A stretch of DNA of 63,450 bases, filler included, from Octopus bimaculoides (Eukaryota): NCBI RefSeq assembly GCF_001194135.2. It is 6 parts of 6 records of this genome, joined end to end, with 100 filler letters (N's around TTAATTAATTAA, not from the genome) between each part and the next. Parts side by side here need not be neighbours in the genome. Positions count along the whole stretch, not along the records: positions 26,479 to 38,501 come from NW_026358374.1; positions 38,602 to 50,993 come from NC_068996.1; 4 more parts are not named here. One strand, given 5' to 3'. Below are positions 37,911-50,813 of the stretch, piece after piece; within the stretch, counting starts at the first letter, position 1, and every line of letters starts with the position of its first letter. Both the position numbers and the translations under genes were made by a program. The notes beneath the pieces are model-generated. The model was not told where the DNA came from. It saw only the letters and a program-made list of their open reading frames with translations, and did no database searches.

Positions 37911-38297
37911 AACATCATCCCCACCGCCGCCTTCCAGATTACCCCCACTCAACATTGTTGCATATTTGAATCGATTGGTAAAGCGTCCTGTTTAAAGTTT
38001 CATGTTAATTGTACACACATTGACACAGTTATACACACACACACACATATACATACACACATTCACATATGTATGTACACGCACGCACTGACATATTTCC
38101 AGAATGCGTGTGCGTGAGTATATACACATTGACACATTTCCATATATATATTTATGTGTCTGTCTTTATATACACAGAGGCATAAATAACATTCACACAT
38201 ATATACATACATTTGTATGCCTGTGTATATGAATATATGTATATATGCACCTATATACATACATGTATGTATATTTGCTCCTATATATATCTGTGTG

Positions 38298-38352
<55 letters not shown>

Positions 38353-38621
38353 GTATGTATATACATATTTTTATTCTTTTATTCGTTTCAGTCATTTGAT
38401 TACGGCCATGCTGGAGCACCACCTTTAGTGGAACAAATCAACCCCAGCACTTATTCTTTGTAAGCCTAGTACCTATTTTATCGGTCTCTTTTGCCAAATC
38501 ANNNNNNNNNNNNNNNNNNNNNNNNNNNNNNNNNNNNNNNNNNNNTTAATTAATTAANNNNNNNNNNNNNNNNNNNNNNNNNNNNNNNNNNNNNNNNNNN
38601 NTACACACATGTAAACTCTGC

Positions 38622-39050
38622 TTATTTAGTTCAAACGTAAAATCTATGCTTTTGTATGGCTCTGAAACCTGGAGAGCCACCTGCAGCAACTACAAGAAAA
38701 TCCAGACCTTCATCAACAAATGTCTCCGGCAGATCCTCCATCTGAAGTGGTTCGCCAGAGTGACAAACACCAACCAGGAGCTCATACATGTTCAGATTAG
38801 GCAAAGGAAATGGAGATGGATCAGACACACATTGTGGAAAGAACCCTCAAATGTGACATGACAAGCACTTGACTGGAATCCGCAGGGGAAAAGGAAGTGA
38901 GGACGCCCAAAGCAGACATGGAAGTGGAGCATTTTGGATGAGCTCAGGACCAATGGCCTGACATGGGAAGCAGCCAAGAAACACACCAATGACCGCAAAA
39001 AGTGGAAAATAACAGTTGAGGCCCTATGATCCATAAGGGACAAAAAGGAT
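38622..39050 (+). mobile_element. 3' end of a second RTE-clade LINE lineage
   Basis: LLYGSETW, KIQTFINKCLRQIL, RKWRWIRHTL, WNPQGKRK*GRPKQTW and KWKITVEAL* are the typical RTE ORF C-terminus. Confidence 0.85.
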
Positions 39051-39100
39051 TAAGAGATATATACATGTATATACAAATATACAAATATATATATATATAA

Positions 39101-39137
<37 letters not shown>

Positions 39138-40094
39138 NNNNNNNNNNNNNNNNNNNNNNNNNNNNNNNNNNNNNNNNNNNNNNNNNNNNNNNNNNNNNNN
39201 NNNNNNNNNNNNNNNNNNNNNNNNNNNNNNNNNNNNNNNNNNNNNNNNNNNNNNNNNNNNNNNNNNNNNNNNNNNNNNNNNNNNNNNNNNNNNNNNNNNN
39301 NNNNNNNNNNNNNNNNNNNNNNNNNNNNNNNNNNNNNNNNNNNNNNNNNNNNNNNNNNNNNNNNNNNNNNNNNNNNNNNNNNNNNNNNNNNNNNNNNNNN
39401 NNNNNNNNNNNNNNNNNNNNNNNNNNNNNNNNNNNNNNNNNNNNNNNNNNNNNNNNNNNNNNNNNNNNNNNNNNNNNNNNNNNNNNNNNNNNNNNNNNNN
39501 NNNNNNNNNNNNNNNNNNNNNNNNNNNNNNNNNNNNNNNNNNNNNNNNNNNNNNNNNNNNNNNNNNNNNNNNNNNNNNNNNNNNNNNNNNNNNNNNNNNN
39601 NNNNNNNNNNNNNNNNNNNNNNNNNNNNNNNNNNNNNNNNNNNNNNNNNNNNNNNNNNNNNNNNNNNNNNNNNNNNNNNNNNNNNNNNNNNNNNNNNNNN
39701 NNNNNNNNNNNNNNNNNNNNNNNNNNNNNNNNNNNNNNNNNNNNNNNNNNNNNNNNNNNNNNNNNNNNNNNNNNNNNNNTTAAAAAAACATTTTCATTCT
39801 CCTTTTTCTTGATAATTTGCTTTTCGCAATGAAAACCGGTTAGAAGAAATCTTTATTAAAATATGCTTCCAGTTTAGCATTCTGCCTTTCTTTTTTCATT
39901 TTCCTATATATATATATATATAATAATGGATATTAGCGTCAAATCTCTCTCTTAAATTTAAATTTAAAACTTCGGATATATAAACAAGGAGAACGATCCC
40001 TAAGGAGTCTAATTTAGACTTTTTTTGCGGTGAAATCTCTTGCTATATTGGTAACGATTACATGGTTTTCTATGAAAAATTATATATATATATA

Positions 40095-40440
40095 TCATCA
40101 TCATCATCATCATCATCATTGTTTAACATCCGCTTTCTACACTAGCATAGGTTGGACAGTTCGACTGGTGTCTGGGAAGCCAGAAGGCTGCACCAGGCCC
40201 CAATCTGATCTGACAGTGTTTCTACAGCTGGATTCCCTTCCTAATGCCAATCACTCTATGAGTGTAGTTGGTGCATTTTACGTGCCACCGGCACAGGAGC
40301 CAAAGGAGGCTGGCAATGGCCACAATCAGTTGGTGGTTTTTATGTGCCACCAGCACAGGTATCACAACTACAATTTCCATTTATTTTCATTTTGATGTTG
40401 ATGTACTTGACCCAATAGGTCTCCTCAAGCACAGTAGGTT
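40095..40440 (-). mobile_element. RTE-LINE 3' UTR fragment
   Basis: (CAT)n tail plus homology to the other copies. Confidence 0.7.
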
Positions 40441-41829
40441 GCCCTACAATCCAAGGTACTTTCGAATATAAAATACACAAAAAATACAAAAATTGGACAA
40501 GAATGCAAAACATCCAGACAGTTAGGCGATACAAAAAAGGGACAACAAAACATCCAGACATACACTTCAAAGAAAACAAGGATGGGTCATTTGGAGTTTT
40601 CTGTCCTCAGTCGAGTTCCAGATTATCTTTGCAATTTAGGGTGGTTATACTCGAAATTGCTCCAATCTGGCCAGCCCCAAGGAAAAACTAAGCTAAAAGC
40701 ATTAGATTCCTTGGAAGAAAGCAGCAAATGTATATGAAAACAAGGACTATACATATATCAGAGTAAGTGCATTTTAAGCTGCATTAAACTTTGCCAAGCT
40801 TACCTTTACCTATTCTGAGTTACTTGGAAGGTGATGTTCCCTTCCCTCTCTACTATTTGTTGATCCCTTTGTTTACCTTTGATACTATAGTTTCCCTTTA
40901 AGGATGCTTATTTATGCATCCATAATGATATTTCGACAGTTGTCAATTGTTTCAAATAGCATTGTCATTCTAGCCCTTTTTAAACAATCACATATGATTC
41001 ATCCCGAATAATCAACCTTTAAATAAGAGTTTTACTTCCACTAGCAAAAGCTANNNNNNNNNNNNNNNNNNNNNNNNNNNNNNNNNNNNNNNNNNNNNNN
41101 NNNNNNNNNNNNNNNNNNNNNNNNNNNNNNNNNNNNNNNNNNNNNNNNNNNNNNNNNNNNNNNNNNNNNNNNNNNNNNNNNNNNNNNNNNNNNNNNNNNN
41201 NNNNNNNNNNNNNNNNNNNNNNNNNNNNNNNNNNNNNNNNNNNNNNNNNNNNNNNNNNNNNNNNNNNNNNNNNNNNNNNNNNNNNNNNNNNNNNNNNNNN
41301 NAACAATTATATTTTGTAGTCATTATCCGTAATCTACTCCCAAAACACTTCAGTAGTTCTGCTTTGCATTGCTTGCAAACTTATATGTTCTATCATCATT
41401 AAAGTGTAACGACTTCCACAATAACCAGACTTCAATTTGATTTTCCATTCCTAAGTTAATTGGAAACATAGATTACCATGTTATTCATAAACTTTCTCCG
41501 TAGTTCAATTATTTGGTGAAAAAAATACCACCAAAGCAACTTAAACCGTCCAAAGGATGGGTGTACTTGCTAGTATTATATAATATTGAAAAAACCTTGA
41601 GTGAAAAAGGGGATGATGCATGTCCAGAAGGGGTTAATTAATAATTAATAATTAATAGAGGTCTAAGTTTGTTTTTATAAATCTAAAAACCATGGATTGA
41701 AGAAGTTCCTAAGTTGAAAAATTCAATAACAAATGTATGGTTCATATACACACATACATACAAACATAAATTTGTGACTATATACACATGTTCAAAATAC
41801 ACACACACATATACATATATACACACTCT

Positions 41830-42832
41830 ATAAGATGTACCCAGTGTAAGTTTTGGACACATAAAAGGTGCAGCAACATCAGAGGAAGGTAACAAGGAAA
41901 CTAGCTTTTGTATGTGGAAGATGCACAGGTACAATAAATGCTGAAAATGAGCAGAAAACAGACTCCATCAACTGCCAGGGATACAAACTAGAGGTAGTAG
42001 ATAGCTTCTCTTATCTAGGTGACCAAGTTGGTAGTGGAGGTGGATGCTCCAAGAGCATAACAGTGAGAATAAGATTAGGATGGACAAAGTCCAGAGAGTT
42101 CCATCCTGTCCTGGAAAAAAGGGCCTCTCCTTCAGATTGAAAGGCAGATTGTTTGATGCCTGTGTGCAAACAGCTATGCTGCATGGCAGTGAAACATGGA
42201 TTGTGACAGCTGAGGGCATGCAGAGGCTTGAAAAAAATGAAGCCAGTATACTTTGCTAGATGTGCAATGTCAGTGTGCATGTTTGACAGAGTATAAGCAT
42301 CTTGAAAGAAAAGTTGGTCATAAGAGGAATCAGATGTGCTGTGCAAGAGAGACGACTGTGCTGGTATGATCACATGATGCGTATAGATGAGAATAGCTGT
42401 GTAAAGAAGTGCCAATCTCTAATTGTGAAGGGAATCTGTGGTAGAGGTAGACCCAAGAAGACATGGAACAAGATGGTGAAGTATGATCTTCAAACTTTGA
42501 GCCTCACAGAGGCAATGACTAGTGGCTGTGACCTTTAGTGATGCGCTGTGCTTGAGAGGAAAATCAGTCGTGGCAGATACCAGTGTCACACAAATTGGCA
42601 CCCGTACTGGTGGCACATAAAAGCACCCTGGTATCATGCAAATGGTACCCGTGCCAGTGACATGTACACGCACCCATTACACTCTCGGAGTGTTGGTGTT
42701 AGAGAGGGCATCCAATCACAGAAAACCATGTCAGACCAGACTGGGGCCTGGTGCAGCCTTCCAGCTTGCCAGCCCTGGTCAAACTGTCCAACCCATGCCA
42801 GCATAGACAACAGACGTTAAATGATGATGATG
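41830..42832 (+). mobile_element. RTE-clade LINE 3' portion (ORF C-terminus, 3' UTR, (GAT)n tail)
   Basis: Frameshifted VDSFSYLGD, RIRLGW, KGRLFDACVQTAMLHGSETW and GRGRPKKTW motifs run directly into the subrepeat-containing UTR. Confidence 0.9.
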
Positions 42833-42885
42833 TATATATTTGATTAATGAGAGATGGAAGACAGAATATGCAAGAATGTTTATTG

Positions 42886-42991
42886 ATCACTACAACTGTT
42901 TCGACCCATCGAGTATCCATTTCTTACGGGTGGGATACTGAACATCTGGTTTAGGTGTATCCCTCAGTGTAGATGTGTCTCTTCAGGTGAT
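42886..42991 (-). ncRNA. Type I hammerhead ribozyme with intact catalytic core and a long branched stem II
   Basis: ATCAC-CTGAAGA-GACACATC...GATGGGTC-GAAAC-AGTT-GTA^GTGAT. Perfect 5-bp stem I, G10.1-C11.1 pair, self-complementary ACAGUUGU stem III, AATAAA just downstream. Confidence 0.8.
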
Positions 42992-43156
42992 TTCAAGAGG
43001 TATCTCATTAAAATAAACACTATTTCGCAAGATTTCTTCTTCATCTTTGTATATATAAATGGCAAATAGAGGGATACAGCTTCATTCTTATAGAAGATCC
43101 ATAACAAATATTAGATACAAAAAGAAACAAACACACAATACAGTGAAAATATTACG

Positions 43157-44440
43157 AGGCATTTTTATGTGTCACCAGCAGTTGTACTGGCCACAACTAC
43201 GATTCCACTCGGTTTGATGAATCTTCTCAAGCACAGCACATCACCAAATGTCATAATTACCTGTCATCACTTGTCATCTGCAAGACCCAACATTTGAAAA
43301 CCATGTTTCACCACCTTGTCCCATATCTTCCTGGGTCTTCCCCTTCCACAGGTTCCCTCCACATTTAGAGGTCAGCACTTCTTTATGCAGCTGTCCTCAT
43401 TCATATGCATCACATGACCAAACCAGTGCAGGCTTCTCTCTTGCACACAACATCTGATGCCCAGCTTTTGTCTCAAGATGTTTACACTCTGTCATACATA
43501 CACACTGACATTACACATCCAGTGAAGCAATCTAGCTTCATTTCTTTCAAGCCTTCACATGTCCTCTGCAGCCACAACCCATGTTTCACTGCAATGTAGC
43601 ATAGCTGTTCACACACAGGTATCATACAATCTGCCTTTCACTCTGAGGGAGGGGCCCTTTGTTACCAACAAAGGTAGAAGCTCTCTGAACTTTTCCCATC
43701 CTATTCTTATTCTAGCAGCTACACTCTCAGAGCATCCACCCCCACTACTAACTTGATCACCAAGATAACAGAAGCTATCAACTACTTTGAGGTATACCTG
43801 CTGACACTTGATGCAAGGGAAATTTCTTTACATTTCTAGTGTTTATTGTTCCTGCACATCTGTCACACACAAAGATTATTTTCCCTGTTAAATCTTTCTC
43901 TGATATTGTTGCACCTCTTATGCATCCATAGCTTTCACTGGGTACATTTTATGGAGTTTCTACCTGTGCTTTTTCTACATATCGAGCAAGGCCATCTGCC
44001 TGAAGGGATTTGTGATTTGTCCTCTTTTCTACTTACTAAGACTTTTGTTTTTGCTAGATTATTTCTAAGGCCCTTTGATTCTAGATCTTGCCTCCACACC
44101 TGAAATTTCTTCTCTAGTTCTGGAAGTGATTTGACTATGAGAAGAAGGTCATCAGCACAGAGGAGCTCCCTGAGACAGTCTGTCTTAAAATTCCTCTGTC
44201 ATTGCCTGGAGGACTGATCCTTGGTGAACCCCTACTTGTACCTTGAATTCATCACTATACTCATTGCCAACCCTCACCTTGCTGACAGCATCCCTGTACA
44301 TAACTTGTACAGCTGTCACCAACCACTCATCTATCCCTAGTTTCTGCATAAGCTAGCAGGGGACACTGTCGAAGGCTTTCTCCATGTCAACAAATGCCAA
44401 GTACAGAGGTTTATTTTTGGCTAGGTACTTCCCCAGCCTT
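43157..44440 (-). mobile_element. RTE-clade LINE, RT core to start of 3' UTR, inverted relative to 41830-42832
   Basis: LYLAFVD, GVHQGSV, LxADDL and GRGRP motifs in decayed frames. Confidence 0.9.
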
Positions 44441-44458
44441 ACATACATATACATATAT

Positions 44459-44491
<33 letters not shown>

Positions 44492-44568
44492 TACATATAC
44501 ATGTATATGCACCACCATAACTACCATCATCCTTTTAACAGCTCTTTTTCCATGCTTGCATTCATCAT

Positions 44569-44590
44569 CCCTAACCCTAACCCTAACCCT
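44569..44590 (+). repeat. Interstitial telomere-type repeat (CCCTAA)3CCCT
   Basis: Directly visible inside an RTE-tail-like element. Confidence 0.8.
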
Positions 44591-45730
44591 ATTATTGAGG
44601 CAGATGGATGCCCTTCCTCATTTGTTTCCAAGCAAGGCAGTACTGTCTCTAGTTTTTCAAATACAAACAGATTGGAGCCTGGTGCAGCCTTCTGGCTTGC
44701 CAGTCCTCGGTCAAACCGTCCAACCCATGCCAGCATGGAAAGTGGACATTAAACGATGACGATGATGATGATGAAACAGCATAATGACAAGACATGTTTT
44801 CAAGGAATGACACGGTTTGTATGATGGTCACATACATTTATAATTAAAATGAAATCATCATCATCGTTATTTAATGTCTGCTTTCCATGTTGGTATGGGT
44901 TGGACAATTCAACAAAATCTGACAATCAAGAGGCCACAACAGGTTCCGTGGTCTGTTTTGGCAAGGCTTCTGCAGCTGGATGTCCTTAATACTAACCATT
45001 TTACAGAGTGTACTGGGTGCTTTCTTCTTATGTTACATCAGCACTGGTAAGGTCACCAAGTAAGTTGCGAGACAAGACCCACCCCACTTCAACTTAGGGT
45101 TTAGTAATGTGGAAGCATTATGCCAGGTAATGAGAGGTTAAAGTATGGTAAAGGGACAGGAAGAGACATCTTGCTGAAGAGAAGAGGAAAAAGAAACGGT
45201 GGTGAAAACGTATGAGAGCATAATTCAATGTACAAGAAGATGAGAGAAAGAGAGAAAACAGAGGATTAAGAGAGGAGGGGGGAGGTGAATGCAGTGAAGT
45301 GTGAACAGGAGTGGTGGCATGGGTAAAGATGAATATCAGTTTAGGGGAGAAGGTAGGGGAAATGGGGGGGGGGGAAGAGGTGTCAAGTGAGAGTAAAAGA
45401 TAAAGTGTTATTTCTGTCAAATTTAGGAGATTTGCTTTTTTTTTTTAACATTGATGGACCTACAATTTTATNNNNNNNNNNNNNNNNNNNNNNNNNNNNN
45501 NNNNNNNNNNNNNNNNNNNNNNNNNNNNNNNNNNNNNNNNNNNNNNNNNNNNNNNNNNNNNNNNNNNNNNNNNNNNNNNNNNNNNNNNNNNNNNNNNNNN
45601 NNNNNNNNNNNNNNNNNNNNNNNNNNNNNNNNNNNNNNNNNNNNNNNNNNNNNNNNNNNNNNNNNNNNNNNNNNNNNNNNNNNNNNNNNNNNNNNNNNNN
45701 NNNNNNNNNNNNNNNNNNNNNNNNNNNNNN

Positions 45731-45760
<30 letters not shown>

Positions 45761-45763
<3 letters not shown>

Positions 45764-46102
45764 AAGATACCCTTCGGTCATGAATGAACATGGGATTGCA
45801 TCTAGAAAGTTCTACTCTGAGGCACAAGTCCAGGCAAGGTTGTTTTCCTGGAAGACCAGCAGTTGCCCATGCCATACCAGCCTCTCCTCTCCAAGCCACT
45901 AGTGTTGTCCAAGGGAAAGACAAAGGTCGATAGAACTTAGCACCTGTGATGTTGCAACTCATTTCTACAGATGAGTGAAATGGAGCAACGTGAAATAAAG
46001 TGCCTTGTTCAAGAACACAACACACAGCTTGGTCCAGAAACCAAACTCACAACCTTATGATTGTGACCCCAATGTTCTAACCACTGAGTCATATACCTTC
46101 AC
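45761..46102 (-). mobile_element. SINE with head H2 (CORE-like) and tail T3
   Basis: Head homologous to 27430-27570; unrelated tail TGCAACATCACAGG...CATGACCGAAGGGTATC. Confidence 0.75.
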
Positions 46103-46199
46103 ATCCATGTCTTTCAGATTCCCTCTGACTTTATCACTGAAATGAAGGAGAGACCAACAGGTCAAATATCTGGACTCCAGTATTTTCCCTTAGGTATCC

Positions 46200-47270
46200 T
46201 TCACTCACGATTTACAAAAGATGTCTACATAAGAATTCAACCAATTTTAGCTGCATATCTTCCATTTCTAGCCAGTTTATATCAGGGTACTTTTGGGGAC
46301 TTATTTTATCATTCCATACAAAGCTGTAGTTGGTACATATAAACACTGTCAAGATCTATAATGTGTCTTGTACACTCCCAAGATCCAAACATGAACTTTG
46401 AAATAACTTTTCCCTGTATGTGTCTCTATTAAGCCATAACTACATTTTGAGAGGGCACTTTAAATACTAATCTAGTTTTAGTTATATAAACTCAGTATCA
46501 CCGATGAAACTACAGTGCAACAGGTCTAAAGAGTGAACTGCATTCTGCAGCTACCTATCAATGAGCATTAATTAACTGGCTGATATTACTTGAATATCTG
46601 CTAGGAAATCAACTCCAACTTCCAGGAATATAGTGGAACATCTTCCAAATCCACAATGATCTAGTCATCATCACACTATAAGTCAGTAATTATCAGTCTA
46701 CTGGTTCTGTATGTTGATCTAAGATCCTTTCGGATAAAATAAACAGTGATGAAATCAAATTAGATAACCTCATCTCCTACTTTCAAAGAAGCAGTGTGAA
46801 GTATTCCTGAAAAGAGAAAATAGTCAAGAACACAACGCTTAATAAGTGTAGTTTCAGGATAAACATCAGATTGTTTACTTCCAAAATGGAAAGTGATTCC
46901 TAAGGTGTATATTGATTTGGTTATGGTTGATATAAGCCAAAGTTTTAATAATAACAGAGAGAATAGTTAATAATCTGTGACAACCAGAAATAATATCATT
47001 TTCAAAATGCATATATGAAGCAAAGCTTTCTCAAATATGAAATCCTGTGGATTTCAAATTATCTAACCGACTTAATATTGCCTATCAGCACACCAAACAC
47101 GTTTTAAAATCTGATTTCTGCACTCTTGTTTCAAATGCTAACCACTTCAGTAACCTCTCTTTGACAAATATTCTACTCTGAAATGACTCACAAATAGTTT
47201 TAAGTTCAATCACACTGAATGGCATTTCAGACAGACATCTTCTATAATGGAATTGGGTAGGTAGGTACAA
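46200..47270 (-). mobile_element. Possible decayed L1/Tx1-like reverse transcriptase relic
   Basis: Weak motifs (MPFSVIELK...RL...QKSDF; DFIFEKAL resembling DFEKAFD) among many stops. Confidence 0.25.
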
Positions 47271-47303
47271 TAAGGAATCCTACTCTGTCTGTCTGTGTGT
47301 GTG

Positions 47304-47374
<71 letters not shown>

Positions 47375-47941
47375 TTACGTATATATGTATGTATATATAT
47401 GCATACATACATATATACGTACGTTTCGTTATCAACGTCGCCTTCCTGGCATTTGTGCTGGTGGCCTGTGAAAAGTCATTCAAGCGAGATCGTTGCCAAA
47501 GCATCCACTACACTCTCTAAGTGGTTGGCGTTAGGAAGGGCATCCAGCTGTAGAAACATTGCCAGATCAGACTGGGGCCTGGTGTAGCCATCTGGTTTCA
47601 CCAGTCCTCAGTCAAATCGTCCGACCCATGCTAGCATGGAAAGCGGACGTTAAACGACGATGATGATCTATATGTATGTGTATATATGTGTGTATTTATA
47701 AATGTATATATATATTCTTCTATTATTTTACTTGTTTCAGTCATTTGATTGTGGCCATGCTGGAGCATCGCCTTTAGTCGAGCAAATTGACCCCAGAACT
47801 TATTCTTTGTAAGCCTAGTACTTATTCTATCGGTCTTTTACACTGAACCACTAAGTTACAGGGACTTTAACACACCAACATCGGTTGTCAAGTGATGTTA
47901 GGGGGACAAACACAGGCACCCAAACATATATATATATATAT

Positions 47942-48590
47942 ACCGAGGCAATGACTAGTGACTGAGACCTTTGGAAATATGCTGTGCTTGAGAAGACCCG
48001 GCAAGCCAAGTGAGACCATAAACTATGGCCTGTGCCAGCCCACTTATGCATACCTTTCTTTCATTGGACAATAAACTCTGTTGAGGTAAGTGAAATCAAA
48101 ATCAAATTCGATGACGTGGCCAATGACAGCACCGCATGACTGGCATTCATGCAGTGGAACTTTAAGAGCACCATCCAAGCATGATTGTTGCCAGGGTCAC
48201 TGACTGGCTCCCGTGCTAGTGGCACGTAAAAAGCACTATTTGAGTGTGATCGTTACCAGCGTCACCTTACTGGCACTTGTGCCGGTGGTACATGAAAAAC
48301 ATCATTCGAACGAGGTCATTGCCAGTGCCGCTGAACTGGCTCCTGTGCAGGTGGCACATAAAAAACACCATTTGAGCGTAGTCATTGCCAGTACCGCCTG
48401 ACTGGCCCTCATGCTGGTGGGACATAAAAGCACCCACTCTCAGAGTGGTTGGCATTAGGAAGGGCATCCAGTTGTAGAAACTCTGCCAGATCAGATTGGA
48501 GCCTGGTGCAGCCATCTGGCTTGCCATTCCTCAGTCAAACCGTCCGATCCATGCCAGTATGGAAAGCAGACGTTAAACGATGAAGAAGAA
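47942..48590 (+). mobile_element. RTE-LINE 3' end: last ORF codons plus complete 3' UTR with five subrepeat units
   Basis: EAMTSD*DLWKYAVLEKTRQAK* followed by the UTR; units at about 48138-48440. Confidence 0.8.
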
Positions 48591-48872
48591 GATATATATA
48601 TATATATATACGACAGGCTTCTTTCAGTTTCCATCTACCAAATCCACTCACAAGACTTTGGTTGGCCTNNNNNNNNNNNNNNNNNNNNNNNNNNNNNNNN
48701 NNNNNNNNNNNNNNNNNNNNNNNNNNNNNNNNNNNNNNNNNNNNNNNNNNNNNNNNNNNNNNNNNNNNNNNNNNNNNNNNNNNNNNNNNNNNNNNNNNNN
48801 NNNNNNNNNNNNNNNNNNNNNNNNNNNNNNNNNNNNNNNNNNNNNNNNTATATATGTGTGTGTGTGTGTGTG

Positions 48873-48914
<42 letters not shown>

Positions 48915-49252
48915 CATATAAACGTAGTTTAGAGCCATTTGGTATCTTCCTTTAGCACATCAATGGCAATTTCAGGAGTTCACTGCTGCAGTCCGATTGC
49001 AAGTTAAAGTGCATCTCGGCAATGACCCCCTCATCAGGATGAACAGAACCCTCCAGGAATTTCACAATCAAGTCATTCACAAGAGTTACAATATGAGCAC
49101 AAATTCGTATTTATAAGACACAACTTTTAGCAGGACCAGTCCAAAATTCTAAACACAAAAACATTTATTTTATTTTATGCTAACCAGGTAGGTGACTGCC
49201 AGTCATAGGAATTTTTCTATCCAGTTTTGAAACTCAGTAAGCAAACTAAATA

Positions 49253-49990
49253 CTATCTAGTCTTACTTCCATATACTTTCAGAAAAGTAGAAGAAAACTT
49301 ATAGTTGCAGAAAGGGACCACCTCTCTAAATTTACTTAATGTTTTAAGCCCAAAAAGCCTAAGGATGGCAAAAGATTCCCTTACACACAAATTACACTTG
49401 TTAATATTAATGCTAAAATAAGGGGCCCTTGAGATTATAGACCATTCAAGAGAGTAACTTTTATTATCCCTCTTTAAACTATGTATATAAGAGGCATGTG
49501 TAGTGGAATTACAATATTTTTCATTTGAAAACAAATTCATATGGGCCCTGTACCTTGCCTTAAAATTGACAGTACTATCCAAATTGCCCTCTTCTTTAAC
49601 TATGCATTTGTAATTAAACAGAATCTGTCAATGGGACATAACCTAGGGTTTCTACAATTACAGGATTTACCAAAACCACCTTTATCCCTATTACTAATAC
49701 TAACATTACATATCTGGTTTCCTGTGTTCTTCCCCTTGGATATTCCATTAAAAAGGGTCAGTAAAGCCAATGAAGGTAAAAAGCTTATTAGAGCTTACCA
49801 GCCCAATACCAGAGTTTTCAACAGAAAATTTAATGGAGGCTTTATTGCAGATGGTGTAGTACTTATGATTCTTTGGGAAATTCTCCTTCAGAATCTTCAA
49901 AAACAACTTAGGCAGATTTCTTACTCTAAGAGAAAAGGTGGTGGGGACCAGATGACTTTCCATATTCTCAAACGTGAGCTCTTCAGTTTA
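49253..49990 (-). mobile_element. Penelope-like element fragment: linker and GIY-YIG endonuclease, pseudogenised
   Basis: KVIWSPPPF, FLKILKENFPKNHK, FKARYRAH..F, YSLEWSII.RA.Y, CNLC.RE..I and REVVPFC motifs. Confidence 0.8.
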
Positions 49991-50121
49991 CTTGTCTCCT
50001 CATGGCTACTATTTCACTTCCAGCATCTATTCCTAAAATCTCCATATACGTATCTAACGGATGGCCTACATTGGTTGCAATCAGTTAATGTATTGCGTTT
50101 CTCAAGACCTTTTGTGACATG

Positions 50122-50166
<45 letters not shown>

Positions 50167-50569
50167 TACATACATACATACATACATACTTACATACATG
50201 CATGCATACATACATACATACAAACATACATACATACATACATACATACATACATACATACATACATACATACATACATACATNNNNNNNNNNCCTAGTA
50301 CAACCTGTCATATGGTCAGGGCATTGGCAACTAAACCAGCAATCTTATCAAGCTTGCTTGGTAAGGAGGGGGGGGGTAGTTGGATATTCTGCCAAGTGAA
50401 AAAAAGAACCTGTCAATGGGTTGATGATCTCGGGAGAGTTAATGGCCATCAAATAAGTGTGAGAGAGAGACCCCAAGTCTATGTTTAGAAATCTCACTAG
50501 AAAAAGAAAAACTCTAACATAATACCTGCAATTTCATTTGCATCCAATGACACAGACTGGTTCTTTTTG

Positions 50570-50702
50570 AGCAAATGTATATGTCATTTACAGAGATGCC
50601 ATGTACAGAGATGCTGTCAGTAAGGTGAGGGTTGGAAATGAGTACAGTAATGAATTCCGGGTAGAGGTAGGGGTCCACCAAGGTTCTGTCCTCAGCCCCC
50701 TC
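50570..50702 (+). mobile_element. RTE reverse transcriptase fragment
   Basis: YRDAVSKVRVGNEYSNEFRVEVGVHQGSVLSPL, same family as 43157-44440. Confidence 0.8.
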
Positions 50703-50777
50703 NNNNNNNNNNATGCATACATACATACATACAAACATACATACATACATACATACATATATACATACATACATACA

Positions 50778-50813
<36 letters not shown>

